In this document: positions 50,330 through 61,778 of the stretch, piece by piece
Layout of the letters: each line of letters starts with the position of its first letter
Numbering within the stretch: position 1 is the stretch's first letter
Origin: Acidobacteriota bacterium
Lineage (GTDB): Bacteria; Acidobacteriota; UBA6911; RPQK01; JADFOI01
Length of the DNA stretch: 64,000 nucleotides
NCBI GenBank assembly: GCA_963663035.1
Contig: OY760074.1
Coordinates: forward strand, 896,001 to 960,000
Direction of reading: 5' to 3'
The notes under the pieces: generated by a model
What the model saw: the letters and a program-made list of their open reading frames with translations, nothing else
Database searches by the model: none
What the model was told of the DNA's origin: nothing
Translations under genes and position numbers: made by a program

Positions 50330-50446
50330 GGAGTCAGGAGGCAGGAGAACAGATTTCAAATCTGTTTGGGATTTGGGATTTGGAATTTGGAGTTTCCGAC
50401 GGTCTTGGGCCGGCGGTGTCAGGTGTCAGCTGTCAGTTGTCAGGTG
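50328..50446 (+). repeat. Composite heptamer cassette, copy homologous to 11865-12010
   Basis: AGGAGTC AGGAGGC AGGAG - AACAGATTTCAAATCTGTT hairpin - (TTTGGRA)4 - CCGACGGTCTTGGGCCGGCGGT - (GTCAGNT)4. Confidence 0.88.
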
Positions 50447-50453
50447 CCCCCCC

Positions 50454-50885
50454 ATGAGCAGCAGGAGGAAAGAACGTGAGTTGGCTCTGCAGCTGCTGTT
50501 TCAGCAGGATTTCAGCCATTTGACAGTGGAGGAAATCTTAGAAATTTTCTGGGAGGTGAATCCTGTCGATCCGGAGGACCGCGAGTTTGCCGAGCTTTTA
50601 TTTAGGAAAGCCTCTGAACATCGATCTCTGATCGATGAGCTCATTGGCCGGCATGCTCAACATTGGCGGTTGGAGCGGATGCCCGCAGTTGATCGGAATA
50701 TTCTGCGCTTGGCGGTGAGCGAGTTTCTCTACGCTGAGACACCTCAGATTGTGGTGATTGATGAGGCCATTGAGATTGCTCGCCGCTTCAGCACAAGCGA
50801 TTCCACCCAATTTGTAAACGGAGTCCTGGATGCCGTTCGGGAGGAAATAAACCATCCACCCGTCAGCGAAAGTCATCATGGGTGA
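50454..50885 (+). CDS. nusB: Transcription antitermination factor NusB
   Basis: RRKERELALQLLF, WRLERM..VDRNILR and FVNGVLD motifs. Confidence 0.97.
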   Translation: MSSRRKERELALQLLFQQDFSHLTVEEILEIFWEVNPVDPEDREFAELLFRKASEHRSLIDELIGRHAQHWRLERMPAVDRNILRLAVSEFLYAETPQIVVIDEAIEIARRFSTSDSTQFVNGVLDAVREEINHPPVSESHHG

Positions 50886-52368
50886 GAAAACGGATCCCAT
50901 CGAACAGCGCTCTCTGAAACTGGAAGAGATTCGCCAACTCGGACATGATCCCTATCCCCACGACTATGAGACGAGTCACACCGTAGCTGAGCTGGTCGGG
51001 AGATTTTCCCAGAAATCGGCTCAGGAGCTGGAGCAAGAGCAGGTGTCCGTGCAAACGGCCGGTCGGCTTGTGAACCTGCGGGGACACGGAAAGGCCGGTT
51101 TCGCGGATCTCTTCGGCTCAGGCGAACGGATCCAGATCTATGTGCGGCAAGACCGGATTGGCGAGGAAAACCACAAGCTTTTCCGGCTTCTGGATATTGG
51201 CGATATCATCGGTGTACGAGGACATTTGTTTCGCACCAAGACCGATGAGCTGACGATTTCAGCCCAGCAGCTTGACTTTCTGGTCAAGGGTCTCCTGCCG
51301 CTGCCCGAAAAGTGGCACGGTCTCAAAGATGTGGAGCTCCGCTACAGGCAGCGCTACCTGGATTTGATTTCCAGTCGAGAGGTGAGAGAAATCTTTATTC
51401 GGCGTAGTCGCATCATTTCCCAGATCCGGGAATTCCTGGAATCGAGAGATTACCTGGAAGTTGAGACCCCCATGATGCAGCCTGTGGCGGGAGGAGCGAA
51501 GGCTCGACCTTTCAAGACCTTTCACGAGGCTCTCAGCATCCCTCTGTTTTTGAGAATTGCTCCTGAACTGTATTTGAAGCGGTTGATCGTGGGGGGCTTT
51601 GACCGGGTGTATGAAATCAACCGAAGCTTTCGCAACGAAGGAGTGTCCACACAGCACAACCCCGAATTCACGATGCTGGAATTTTATCAGGCCTACAGTA
51701 ATTATCAGGATCTGATGGACTTGACCGAGGAGATGCTGCAGATGGTGGCCCAGAAGGTCACCGGTGGCCTTGAAGTGCCATTCAATGGCAATCAGGTGGA
51801 TTTCAGCAGCTTTAGCCGCTATTCCATGGTCGAAGCCATTCAGAAGTTTTGGGATAAGGAGGGTGCTCCTTCAGCAGAAGATCTCGGCCAGCGCGCGCCC
51901 TTGGTTGCTCTTTTGAAAAAAGTTGGCTTGGAATTTGAAGCGGAGCAGAGCTGGGGAGAACTGCTCGAATGGCTGTTTGAGCAAGTCGTGGAAAAGCACC
52001 TCATCCAGCCAACCTTCATTTATGACTTTCCTGCCGAGCTTTCTCCGCTCTCCAAGACCAGTGATGAGGATCCCCGTTTTGCGGAGCGATTTGAATTATT
52101 CATTGGCGGCCTTGAAATTGCCAATGCGTACAGTGAGTTGAATGATCCGGAGGAGCAGAAAAAGCGGTTTGAGACACAGGTGCAAGCTCGGGTGGGCGGG
52201 GATTCCGAGGCCCACGAGATGGATGAGGACTACCTGAAGGCATTGCGATATGGAATGCCTCCAACGGCGGGAGAGGGAATTGGGATCGATCGCCTGACCA
52301 TGGTGTTGACCGATTCTGACTCCATTCGAGAGGTCATCTTGTTTCCCCACCTTCGACCTGAGAGCTGA
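50878..52368 (+). CDS. lysS: Lysine-tRNA ligase (class II)
   Basis: RYRQRYLDL, LRIAPELYLKRL, HNPEFT and YGMPPTAGEGIGIDR motifs. Confidence 0.98.
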   Translation: MGEKTDPIEQRSLKLEEIRQLGHDPYPHDYETSHTVAELVGRFSQKSAQELEQEQVSVQTAGRLVNLRGHGKAGFADLFGSGERIQIYVRQDRIGEENHKLFRLLDIGDIIGVRGHLFRTKTDELTISAQQLDFLVKGLLPLPEKWHGLKDVELRYRQRYLDLISSREVREIFIRRSRIISQIREFLESRDYLEVETPMMQPVAGGAKARPFKTFHEALSIPLFLRIAPELYLKRLIVGGFDRVYEINRSFRNEGVSTQHNPEFTMLEFYQAYSNYQDLMDLTEEMLQMVAQKVTGGLEVPFNGNQVDFSSFSRYSMVEAIQKFWDKEGAPSAEDLGQRAPLVALLKKVGLEFEAEQSWGELLEWLFEQVVEKHLIQPTFIYDFPAELSPLSKTSDEDPRFAERFELFIGGLEIANAYSELNDPEEQKKRFETQVQARVGGDSEAHEMDEDYLKALRYGMPPTAGEGIGIDRLTMVLTDSDSIREVILFPHLRPES

Positions 52369-52375
52369 ATCCACT

Positions 52376-53614
52376 ATGCTAGTCACGAAATTCGAGCTGT
52401 TTGTGGCCTTGAGATACCTTCGAGCCGGCCGCAAGCAAGTCGTCATTTCAGTCGTCACCTTTATCTCGGTGCTGGGGGTTACGGCGGGGGTGATGGCCCT
52501 GAATATCGCTCTGGCCCTCAATGCGGGTTTCATAGCGGAGTTCCAGGACCGAATCCTGGGTGCCACCCCCCATGTCAATCTTTTAAGAGCCGTTCCGGGA
52601 CCGATCTCCCCCTATCAGCTCCTCACCCAGCAGATCGGTGAACTGCCTGAAGTGCTGAGAGTCACCCCCACCATCTATGGCCAGGCCCTGTTGGTGAGTG
52701 AGTTGCGCGAGCAGCCGGCCGTCCTCAAGGGGTTGGATCTACCAGAAACGACGCAGCTCTCCGACTTTTTCCCACAGATCATCGAAGGAAGCCTGGAGCA
52801 GTTTAATCAGTTCGATTCTTTTCCGACCGTAGTCTTGGGAACTGATTTGGCCCAGTCTCTGGGCGTTGTGACTGGAGACAACATTCGCGCCATAGGTCTG
52901 AAGGGGGAGCTTTCCCCGCTGGGACGCATGCCTCGCATTGAGACCTTTCGGGTGATTGCTATCTTTGAGTCAGGTTTTTGGGAAACGGACTCCAGCTGGG
53001 TCCTGTTTTCTATTCAGGCGGCTCAGCAGTTCTTTAGATTCCCCTCCGGTGCGGCCTCCGTTCTGGAAGTGTGGATCCAGGACATGGATGCGGCTCCAAG
53101 CGTGGCCATGAAGTTAAGGGAGGTGGCTGGCTCCGGCTATTCGACCAGCACCTGGATGGAACTTTTCCGTCCTCTCTTTTCAGCTTTGGAGCATGAGAAG
53201 AGAATCATGTTCATCGCCATTGGACTGATCATTCTGGTGGCCTCCCTCAACATCATCGGGACACTGACTCTGATGGTCATGCAAAAAAATCGCGATATTG
53301 CCATTATCACGGCCATGGGAGGGACAGCTCGGACCATCATGGCGGTCTTCATGCTGCAAGGTTTGATGATTGGACTGGTGGGGACGATTCTGGGAGATCT
53401 TTTGGGAAGTGCCGCTATCTGGTATTTCAATGCCTACCAGGTGTTTCCTCTGGAAGCGCAGGTCTATGCGATCCCTTACGTGCCCTTCCTGTTGAACTCC
53501 GGTGACCTGGTTCGGGTCTCGATCCTGGCCATCCTGACTTGTTTTTTGGCCACCCTTTATCCGGCCAGAGCTGCTTCACGATTGGATCCAATTGAAGCGT
53601 TGAGATATGAGTAA
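52376..53614 (+). CDS. Lipoprotein-releasing ABC permease LolC/E
   Basis: VALRYLRA, DIAII.AMG and [18 protein letters not shown] motifs. Confidence 0.93.
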   Translation: MLVTKFELFVALRYLRAGRKQVVISVVTFISVLGVTAGVMALNIALALNAGFIAEFQDRILGATPHVNLLRAVPGPISPYQLLTQQIGELPEVLRVTPTIYGQALLVSELREQPAVLKGLDLPETTQLSDFFPQIIEGSLEQFNQFDSFPTVVLGTDLAQSLGVVTGDNIRAIGLKGELSPLGRMPRIETFRVIAIFESGFWETDSSWVLFSIQAAQQFFRFPSGAASVLEVWIQDMDAAPSVAMKLREVAGSGYSTSTWMELFRPLFSALEHEKRIMFIAIGLIILVASLNIIGTLTLMVMQKNRDIAIITAMGGTARTIMAVFMLQGLMIGLVGTILGDLLGSAAIWYFNAYQVFPLEAQVYAIPYVPFLLNSGDLVRVSILAILTCFLATLYPARAASRLDPIEALRYE

Positions 53615-54296
53615 GTTTCTCAGGATTCAAGGGATTTCGAAATCGTTCCAGTCCGGGGCTGAGAAGCTCCACATCCTGGTCGATCTGGCTTTAGACCTTC
53701 AACAAGGCCAGATGGTGGCTGTCACCGGCGCCAGCGGATCTGGAAAGAGTACCTTCCTTCACCTGGTCGGTGGCATGGACAAAGCCGACGCCGGCCAAAT
53801 CTTGCTGGAAGGAGTCGATGTCACTCGCCTGGCGGGCAAGGAGTTGGCGGAATATCGCAACCGGAAGATCGGATTCATCTTTCAATTTCATCATTTACTG
53901 CCGGAATTCTCTGCTCTGGAGAATGTCATGTTTCCCCTTCTTTTGCGGCAAACCCCTTTTCCTCGGGCCCGGAGGGAGGCCCAAGAGCTGCTGGCTGAGG
54001 TGGGACTGGCTGACCGCGGTCACCACAAGCCGGGCCAGCTATCGGGAGGGGAGCAACAGCGGGTTGCCTTTGCACGGGCACTGGTGGGAAAGCCGAGTTT
54101 GCTGCTGGGGGATGAGCCCACCGGCAATCTGGATGAGCACACTTCAGAAGCGATCTACCAGCTTCTCCTGGAAGTCCATCGCAATCACCGTTTGACCTCC
54201 ATAATCGTCACCCACAACCCAAGACTGGCTGCTCTATGTGAATCGGAGAAGAGCCTTCAAGAGGGAAAGTTAGTGGAAATGAGTGAAAGTCACTAA
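53607..54296 (+). CDS. lolD: Lipoprotein-releasing ABC ATPase
   Basis: [27 protein letters not shown] and DEPTGNLD motifs. Confidence 0.92.
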   Translation: MSKFLRIQGISKSFQSGAEKLHILVDLALDLQQGQMVAVTGASGSGKSTFLHLVGGMDKADAGQILLEGVDVTRLAGKELAEYRNRKIGFIFQFHHLLPEFSALENVMFPLLLRQTPFPRARREAQELLAEVGLADRGHHKPGQLSGGEQQRVAFARALVGKPSLLLGDEPTGNLDEHTSEAIYQLLLEVHRNHRLTSIIVTHNPRLAALCESEKSLQEGKLVEMSESH

Positions 54297-54391
54297 GTTT
54301 CCAGCGGGTCTGTCGACAGTTGCTGGGGGACAGCCATTTCTGTTAAAAGATAAGTGCAGGCTTATAAAAGCAGGCTGACTGGAACAGTCTT

Positions 54392-56836
54392 ATGTTTGAG
54401 AAGTACACCGAAAAGGCCAGGCGGGTCATCTTCTTTGCACGCTATGAAACCAGCCAGTTGGGGGCCCGACGGATCGAAACAGAGCACGTTCTGCTAGGGT
54501 TGCTCAGAGAAGATAAGGCCCTCAGCAGCCGCTTTTTCCCTCATGCTGAGGCTGCCCTGGAAGCCATCCGAAGGCAGATTGAAGGCCGCACTGTCGCTCG
54601 CGATAAAGTCTCCACCTCTGTTGAACTGCCACTCAGTGATGAATCAAAAAGGGTCTTGACTTATGCGGCCGAGGAAGCAGATCGACTGATGTGCAATTAC
54701 ATTGGAACGGAGCACATCCTGCTGGGCCTGTTGCGGGAAGAGAAGTCGGTGGCTGCCGAAATCCTGTATGAAAATGGTCTCAGGCTTTCGCGTGTGCGCG
54801 AGGAGTTGGCTGGCTCAAGCCCCGAGCGAGTTGCACCTTCCAAGTCAAAAGACGCGCTGCTTTTGACCGAGTTCAGCCGCGATCTGACGGAAGCTGCCAG
54901 TAACGGAGTACTGGATCCGCTGGTGGGGCGAGATGCTGAGATCGAGCGCGTGGTTCAGATTCTTTGTCGGCGCACCAAGAATAATCCAGTACTCATCGGG
55001 GAACCCGGTGTGGGGAAGACGGCAATCGTGGAGGGGTTGGCCCAAAAGATCATCAAAGGAGAGGTTCCTTCCATGCTCACTGACAAGCGGGTGCTGGCCC
55101 TGGATATCTCACTGATCGTGGCTGGAACCAAATACCGCGGTCAGTTTGAGGAACGACTCAAGGCCATTATGAAGGAGTTGGTGGACCATCCCAACTTCGT
55201 CGTCTTTGTCGATGAACTGCACACCCTGGTGGGGGCCGGTTCAGCAGAAGGTTCTCTGGATGCCGCCAACATTTTGAAGCCTGCCCTTTCGCGGGGTGAA
55301 ATCCAGTGCGTTGGGGCCACCACGCCCTATGAGTACCGACGTTCGATCGAAAAGGACCGTGCTCTGGCGCGGCGCTTTCAGGCCATCAAAGTGGCTCCTA
55401 CTACGGAAGAAGAAACGCTGGAGATCATCCACGGGATTAAGAGTCGCTACGAGTCGTTCCATCAGGTCGAATACACGGATGAGGCAGTTCACACGGCCGT
55501 GTATCAGTCCAGTCGATATATCACGGATCGACACCTTCCCGACAAGGCCATCGATGTTCTGGATGAGGCCGGAGCTCGAGTAAAGCTCGACAACACGGTT
55601 ATCCCGGAAGGTATGACTGATCTCCAGAGGAAGCTCAAAGTCATTGTCCGGCAGATGGACGACGCCATCTCAGCTAAAGAATTCGATCGAGCGGCTCTGC
55701 TGAAAGATCAGGAGTTGCTGGAGCGCGAGAACCTGCAGATCATTAAGGAACGCTGGAAGGTGGGCAACAGCATTACTCCCCAGGTGAAAAAGGAGCATGT
55801 GGAACACGTGGTTTCGCATTGGACGGGTATTCCCGTCACCTCCTTGCATGAGGAGGAAATGCAGAAGCTTCTTCGCTTGGAGGAGGATCTTCATGGGAGA
55901 GTGATCAGTCAAGATCGTGCCATTTCGGCTCTTTCCAGAGCGATTCGTCGCAGCCGGGCGGGTATGAAAAATCCTAACCGACCGGTTGGATCTTTTCTTT
56001 TCCTGGGACCTACCGGGGTTGGTAAAACAGAACTGGCCAAGGCGCTCTCGGAGGTGCTGTTCGGCAGCGAAAAGGTCCTGATTCGCTTTGACATGTCCGA
56101 GTACATGGAGAAACACGCAGTGTCGAAGCTGATTGGGTCCCCCCCGGGCTACGTCGGGCATGAGGAGGGGGGGCAGTTGACCGAGCAGGTCAAGCGGAAT
56201 CCTTACTCCGTTCTACTGCTCGATGAAATTGAAAAAGCTCACTTTGACATCTTCAATATCCTGCTCCAGGTGTTTGAGGATGGTGTGCTGACGGATTCAC
56301 TTGGAAATACGGTTGATTTCAAAAACGCCATTATCATCATGACTTCCAACATCGGAGCCCGCTATCTGGTGGATCGCTCTCCGATGGGGTTTTCCACAGG
56401 AGCAGAGCAGGACCAGGGGAAAGTGGAAAACCTTATCCTCAATGAGGTCAAGAAGCTCTTCAATCCCGAGTTTCTCAACCGGCTGGATGAAGTGATACTG
56501 TTCGAGTCTTTAACAGAAGAGGATCTGAGCCAAATCGTGGACCTCCTTCTGAACCAAGTCAATCAGAACGTGGCGCCCAAGGAGATTCACATTAATCTGA
56601 AGGCGGAAGCCAAGGATTGGATCATCCAGAAAACCTGCCTTGATCGCTCCTATGGAGCGCGACCACTGCGCAGAGCCATTCAACGCTACATCGAAGATTC
56701 AGTTGCCGAACTCATCATTCAAGGTAAACTGAAAGAAAAACAGACACTGACTATCTATCTCAAGGGCGACCTCCTCTACTATCGTCCCAAGGGCTCCCAG
56801 AGCGAGGGAGCGCCTCTTTCCTTCGGCCTGGCCTGA
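54392..56836 (+). CDS. clpC: Clp protease ATP-binding subunit (ClpC-type)
   Basis: Clp-N repeats, two AAA modules ([16 protein letters not shown]) and a UVR-like middle domain. Confidence 0.92.
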   Translation: MFEKYTEKARRVIFFARYETSQLGARRIETEHVLLGLLREDKALSSRFFPHAEAALEAIRRQIEGRTVARDKVSTSVELPLSDESKRVLTYAAEEADRLMCNYIGTEHILLGLLREEKSVAAEILYENGLRLSRVREELAGSSPERVAPSKSKDALLLTEFSRDLTEAASNGVLDPLVGRDAEIERVVQILCRRTKNNPVLIGEPGVGKTAIVEGLAQKIIKGEVPSMLTDKRVLALDISLIVAGTKYRGQFEERLKAIMKELVDHPNFVVFVDELHTLVGAGSAEGSLDAANILKPALSRGEIQCVGATTPYEYRRSIEKDRALARRFQAIKVAPTTEEETLEIIHGIKSRYESFHQVEYTDEAVHTAVYQSSRYITDRHLPDKAIDVLDEAGARVKLDNTVIPEGMTDLQRKLKVIVRQMDDAISAKEFDRAALLKDQELLERENLQIIKERWKVGNSITPQVKKEHVEHVVSHWTGIPVTSLHEEEMQKLLRLEEDLHGRVISQDRAISALSRAIRRSRAGMKNPNRPVGSFLFLGPTGVGKTELAKALSEVLFGSEKVLIRFDMSEYMEKHAVSKLIGSPPGYVGHEEGGQLTEQVKRNPYSVLLLDEIEKAHFDIFNILLQVFEDGVLTDSLGNTVDFKNAIIIMTSNIGARYLVDRSPMGFSTGAEQDQGKVENLILNEVKKLFNPEFLNRLDEVILFESLTEEDLSQIVDLLLNQVNQNVAPKEIHINLKAEAKDWIIQKTCLDRSYGARPLRRAIQRYIEDSVAELIIQGKLKEKQTLTIYLKGDLLYYRPKGSQSEGAPLSFGLA

Positions 56837-56959
56837 GTCTGTGCGTGGGAGGCACCTCAGGTGCCGCATTGTCCGATTTTCAACAGCACAGCTAAATCCA
56901 CGCCTGAACGAACAGTCCAGTTGCTCTTGAACTGGATTGCGCGATAAAATTATCGAGCC

Positions 56960-59599
56960 ATGACCCTCCCTGAAATCGAATATCGATTGAGCCGTGTTCT
57001 TGCAATGGCTCTGTTGGTTCTCAGCGCGGTGTCCTCCTGGGCGCTTGCTCAAGTCAACCAACCTATCCAATTGCTTGAGGGAGCGCCAATCGAGGAGATT
57101 CGTCTTGTCGGCAATCGCCGGATTCCCGAAAGTACCATCCATTACTATATCCAGAGTAGGGAGGAGATGATCTTCGATGAGCAGCGGGCCCTGCTCGATT
57201 ATAAAACTCTTCTGAACACCAACTTTTTCGACGACGCGAAAATCAAGCGGATGGACGGAGAAACGGGTGTCATCCTCATTTTCGAGTTCACCGAGAGACC
57301 GCTCATCCGAACCGTAGAGTATGAAGGGATGAAGTCCTTCAAGGAGTCCGACGTTTTGGAGAAGTTCCGAGACCTCAGGGTTGGACTCTCAGTGGACTCT
57401 ACCTTTGACCCGGCCAATCTGCCCCTGGCGCGCCGAGCGATCAAAGGGCTTCTCGATGAAAATGGCCGCCCTCTCGGTCGAGTGGAGGTGGAGACGGAGC
57501 ACATCACAAGCACTTCCGAGAAGATCGTTTTTAAAATTGAAGAGGGCCCTAAGGTTCGCATCGGGAAGATCGATTTCGAGGGCAATACGGTCTTTTCAGA
57601 CAGTGAACTGGGCAAGGCGCTGGAGTTGACCAAGCCACGAGGGCTGATGAGCATTTTCAGGGGCCAGGACAAATTCATCAAGGAAAAAATTGAGTATGAC
57701 CTCCAGCTGAATCTCATCGAGCGCTATCGTGAGGTGGGTCACATCTTCGCCAGGGCAGGTGAGCCTGAGGCCCGGATCGTTGAAGCCCCCAAAGGTTTGC
57801 TCATCGGCTTCAGGAAAACCAAGCAGCAATACTATCTCACCATTCCCATCGAAGAGGGAGAACAGTATCGCTGGAACAGTTTTGAGATCGAGGGCCTGGA
57901 TAGTTTTGACGAAGAGGTGGTGAAAGCGGCTTATGACATCGTTCCGGGAGAAGTGGTCAACTACGTGGCTCTCAGGGAGGCCAGCGATGAACTGAAGAAG
58001 GCCTACTCGACCAGCGGGTATCTGGATATGGTTGTGATTCCGAATCTGGATGCCGATCAGGACAACAAGACTGTGGATGTGAGGCTTCAGGTCGATGAGG
58101 GAAAGCAGTACCTGGTGAACCGAATTGACTTTGGGGGGAACACCAAAACCCGTGATAAGGTCCTGCGCCGCGAGTTTCTCCTGGAGGAGCAACAGCTCTT
58201 TAACGGAACCTCCCTGGACTGGTCCATCTTGCGTCTCAATCAACTCGGATTCTTCGAACCGATAGAAGAGGCGGATTACGAAGTCATCAAGAGGCCCAGT
58301 GAAGGTGAAGTCGACATTTTGGTGACTGTCGAGGAGAAGAGCCAGCAATCGATTGGTGTCAGTGGAGGAGTCAGTGGTATTAGTGGCAGTTTTTTCGGTA
58401 TCAACTACCAGTCCAATAACTTCCGGGGCCTGGGACAGCGAATCGATGTTCAGCTTTCCACGGGTACCCGGACCTCAAACTACACGCTCTCCTTTACCGA
58501 ACCCTATTTCCGGGACACCAGGATCTCCCTGGGACTCTCAGTCTTCAATCAGCGCTATCGGTTCGATACCTTTACCGCCTTCGCCGGGCAGATCGCTGAG
58601 AACGACAATATTCAGCTCTTTACGCGCAATACCAGCGGGTTTACGGCAAGCGGAGGTTATCCGATATGGCGCTGGACGCGTTTGGACATGAGTTACCGTC
58701 TGGAGACCATCCGAATTGAAGATATCGATGAGGGGTTCAGTGACTTTGCCTTGAATCAACTGGTTGGATTCACTCCCGGCGGCAGTCCCGAAGATGCCAG
58801 AAAAGGGATTATCCGCAGCGAAATCACACCCAGACTGACTTACAACACGAAAAACCAGGTCTTTAATGCGACCCAGGGAACCCAACTCAGTTTGAGCGCG
58901 CCCATTGCCGGCGGGGCCTTGGGTGGGACCTTCAATCTCATCCGGCCGACACTCGAATACCAGAAGTTTTTTCCCGACACTTTCCTCAGCGGCGGTCGAA
59001 ACACGCTCGCCTTGCGGGCACAAATATCCCACATCCTTCCCTATGGCAATCTCCCCGCTGGGGATCCCATGGCGATACCTTTTTTCGAAAGAATCTTTTC
59101 CGGGGGAGAATTTACATTACGCGGCTTTGACCTCCGTTCCGTCAGCCCCTGGGCCGTCACCCGGAGTCCCAGCCTGGATGGCAGCGGGAACCCCATTATC
59201 GACCCAGCCACGGGTTTGCCCGCCATCACCGAAAGTCCCATCCCGGTGGGAGGAGACACCACCATGATCCTGACCGCGGAGTACCGTGTCCCCATCGTTG
59301 GACCCCTGCAGGTGACGGGTTTTGTTGACTTTGGAACGGCCACCATCGTGAAAAAAGATAACTTGCGTATCTTTGGACCCAACACCGAAGTGACTTTGCA
59401 GGAGCAAACCAACAATGTCTGGCGGGCATCGACCGGTGCGGAAATTCAGTTCCTGATGCCCGTGGTGAACCAGCCGTTCCGTCTGATCTTTGCCTATAAT
59501 CCATTGATCATGGATACGAGTATCGTTTCGAGAGGCCAGCGATTTCCTCTCAGAGAGCCGGAGAGAAATGTTAAATTTACAGTTGGATACACCTTTTAG
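56960..59599 (+). CDS. bamA: Outer membrane protein assembly factor BamA
   Basis: POTRA repeats (GNTKTRDKVLRRE), LRGF motif and C-terminal Phe. Confidence 0.95.
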   Translation: MTLPEIEYRLSRVLAMALLVLSAVSSWALAQVNQPIQLLEGAPIEEIRLVGNRRIPESTIHYYIQSREEMIFDEQRALLDYKTLLNTNFFDDAKIKRMDGETGVILIFEFTERPLIRTVEYEGMKSFKESDVLEKFRDLRVGLSVDSTFDPANLPLARRAIKGLLDENGRPLGRVEVETEHITSTSEKIVFKIEEGPKVRIGKIDFEGNTVFSDSELGKALELTKPRGLMSIFRGQDKFIKEKIEYDLQLNLIERYREVGHIFARAGEPEARIVEAPKGLLIGFRKTKQQYYLTIPIEEGEQYRWNSFEIEGLDSFDEEVVKAAYDIVPGEVVNYVALREASDELKKAYSTSGYLDMVVIPNLDADQDNKTVDVRLQVDEGKQYLVNRIDFGGNTKTRDKVLRREFLLEEQQLFNGTSLDWSILRLNQLGFFEPIEEADYEVIKRPSEGEVDILVTVEEKSQQSIGVSGGVSGISGSFFGINYQSNNFRGLGQRIDVQLSTGTRTSNYTLSFTEPYFRDTRISLGLSVFNQRYRFDTFTAFAGQIAENDNIQLFTRNTSGFTASGGYPIWRWTRLDMSYRLETIRIEDIDEGFSDFALNQLVGFTPGGSPEDARKGIIRSEITPRLTYNTKNQVFNATQGTQLSLSAPIAGGALGGTFNLIRPTLEYQKFFPDTFLSGGRNTLALRAQISHILPYGNLPAGDPMAIPFFERIFSGGEFTLRGFDLRSVSPWAVTRSPSLDGSGNPIIDPATGLPAITESPIPVGGDTTMILTAEYRVPIVGPLQVTGFVDFGTATIVKKDNLRIFGPNTEVTLQEQTNNVWRASTGAEIQFLMPVVNQPFRLIFAYNPLIMDTSIVSRGQRFPLREPERNVKFTVGYTF

Positions 59600-59618
59600 T
59601 TAAGGAGAAGATGAAATT

Positions 59619-60164
59619 ATGAGAAAGTGGATAGCGGTGGCCCTGGTCGGGCCGATGATAGCCGGGGCTGCGGTGACGATGAGCCTGGCCCAAGGTTCCA
59701 AGATAGGTTTCGTCGACACCCTGGCGGTGCTCTATGCTACCGAAGAGGGCAAGAGAGAGCTCGAAGGGTTAAATCAGTTTGCCTCGGTCAAGCAGCAGGA
59801 AGTCGCTCTCCTGACTTCAGAGGTGCAGATACTCCAGGACCGGTATGTCTCCCAGCAGGCAGTTCTCAATCCCACGGCTCGCGTGGACATGGAACGGGAT
59901 ATTGGGGATAAGGAGCGCAATCTGCAGAGACTGCAGGAAGATGTCGAGCTGGAATACAACCAGCGCAGCGAAGCACTTTTGGCCAGGATGGGTGAAAAGA
60001 TTCAGGGAGTGATTGTCCAGTACTCTCAAGACAATGGCTATTCGGTGATTTTCATGCGAAATGAGACGCAGAGTTTCGTGGATGTCTCACTGGATGTCAC
60101 TGAAGAGATCATACGCATTTACAACGAAAGCAATCCTGTCACCGGCCAGGCGGGTTCGCAATGA
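59619..60164 (+). CDS. Skp/OmpH chaperone 1
   Basis: KIGFVD, coiled coil and LDVTEEII; synteny. Confidence 0.9.
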   Translation: MRKWIAVALVGPMIAGAAVTMSLAQGSKIGFVDTLAVLYATEEGKRELEGLNQFASVKQQEVALLTSEVQILQDRYVSQQAVLNPTARVDMERDIGDKERNLQRLQEDVELEYNQRSEALLARMGEKIQGVIVQYSQDNGYSVIFMRNETQSFVDVSLDVTEEIIRIYNESNPVTGQAGSQ

Positions 60165-60718
60165 GAAATTACGTGTTGACGTTATTGACCTGCCTATTTC
60201 TCCTGAGCGTGGGGAGTGCCACGGCCGTGGCTCAAACGAGTGAACCGCAAAAGGCTCTGATAGAACAGAAGCTCGGCTTTATCGATAGCCTTCAGGTTCT
60301 CAACGGAACGGAAGACGGAAAAGTGCAAATAGCCGAGGTCGAGCAGTTTATTGCAGACAAGCAGGCAGAGTACGATACACGGCGTGTGAACTTGGAAAGA
60401 CAGACAGAGCAGTTCGAGGCCCAGCAGCGAACCCTGAATGCCCAGACGCGTCTGGAGATGCAGCGCAAGATTGAGGAAGACGATCGGGTGTTGAGAAGAT
60501 TCCAGGAAGATACTCAGGTGGAAATCGAGCGCAGGCGAACTGCCATTCTGGCGGGCCTGAGCGAACAAATCCAGGTCATTATCGACGAGTTCGCTCTGGA
60601 ACAGCAGCTGGGGATGATTTTCCTGCGGGATGAATCTCAAATCTATGTGGATCCAGCTCTGGACTTCACCCAGGATATTATTCGGATATACAACCAGCGC
60701 TATCCAGTGACCGAGTAG
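60161..60718 (+). CDS. Skp/OmpH chaperone 2
   Basis: KLGFID and LDFTQDIIRIYN; paralog of the preceding gene. Confidence 0.9.
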   Translation: MRNYVLTLLTCLFLLSVGSATAVAQTSEPQKALIEQKLGFIDSLQVLNGTEDGKVQIAEVEQFIADKQAEYDTRRVNLERQTEQFEAQQRTLNAQTRLEMQRKIEEDDRVLRRFQEDTQVEIERRRTAILAGLSEQIQVIIDEFALEQQLGMIFLRDESQIYVDPALDFTQDIIRIYNQRYPVTE

Positions 60719-60743
60719 GAGAGCTCTGCCAGCCCCACCTCAC

Positions 60744-61754
60744 GTGTATACCCTTCAGAAACTGGCCGAACACGTCGAAGGGCGTGTGGCCGGCGACTCC
60801 CAGATTGAAATCCGTGGCATTCAGCCTTTCGAGAGCGCGGGAGCGGGAGATCTCACCCTGGCGGGTGAGAAAAAGTTCCAGGAGCGGCTGGAGGAGACCC
60901 GTGCCTCTGCAGTGATCGTTTTGCCGGGTGTTTTGTCCTCCAAGAAGGCTCTGCTTCAGGTCGACAAGCCGAAGCTCGCTTTTGCTCGCCTCCTGGCTCT
61001 TTTGCACGGGAGGGACTTTGAGGCAGCAGGTATCTCTCCTCTGGCACAGGTCAGTAAAAGTGCTCAGGTTTCCGAGAATGTCACCATTCATCCCTTCGTC
61101 TTTGTGGGGGATGAGGCTGTCATCAAGGAAGAGGTCACTCTCTTTGCAGGGGTCCATGTCGGGAATCACTGTGTGATTGGTTCTGGCTGTGTGTTGCATC
61201 CCAATGTGACCCTGTATGAGGGTGTTTCTTTGGGTTCACGGGTTATCCTGCACAGTGGCACGGTCATCGGTGCCGATGGTTTCGGGTATGTCTTTGACCA
61301 GGACACTCAGGTGAAGATTCCTCAGACGGGAAGCGTCCTGATCGGAGATGATGTGGAAATTGGAGCAAATAGTTGTGTGGACCGGGCTACTTTTGGTGCG
61401 ACGGTATTGGAACGAGGTGTCAAACTGGACAACCATGTCCATATCGGCCATAACTGCCGAATCGGAGAAAATACGGTGATTGTTGCCCAGGTGGGGATTT
61501 CCGGAAGTGTTGAAATTGGGAAAAACTGTACCTTTGCAGGCCATTCGGGTGTTGTCGATCATGTCCGGATTGGAGATGAAGTCACGGTGATGCTCAAGTC
61601 GGCGGTCACCAAGGATATTCCTTCTCACTCAGTCATTTCCGGTCAACCCGCCATGGACCACCGCCAGTGGATGAAGATTGAAGCTCTCAAACGACGCTTT
61701 CCAGAGATCTACAAGGAGTGGAAGACGTGGTTAGGGGAAAGACGGAAGGATTGA
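60744..61754 (+). CDS. lpxD: UDP-3-O-acylglucosamine N-acyltransferase
   Basis: Hexapeptide repeats, IGADGFGY and KLDNHVHIGHN. Confidence 0.97.
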   Translation: MYTLQKLAEHVEGRVAGDSQIEIRGIQPFESAGAGDLTLAGEKKFQERLEETRASAVIVLPGVLSSKKALLQVDKPKLAFARLLALLHGRDFEAAGISPLAQVSKSAQVSENVTIHPFVFVGDEAVIKEEVTLFAGVHVGNHCVIGSGCVLHPNVTLYEGVSLGSRVILHSGTVIGADGFGYVFDQDTQVKIPQTGSVLIGDDVEIGANSCVDRATFGATVLERGVKLDNHVHIGHNCRIGENTVIVAQVGISGSVEIGKNCTFAGHSGVVDHVRIGDEVTVMLKSAVTKDIPSHSVISGQPAMDHRQWMKIEALKRRFPEIYKEWKTWLGERRKD

Positions 61755-61778
61755 CCATGGGGAAAAGTGAGCATTGCC

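Noticed and set aside
50262-50453. Long N-terminal extensions of nusB (and of pgsA and lptC)
   Set aside because: The extensions translate heptamer or REP repeats; family homology starts at downstream ATGs.
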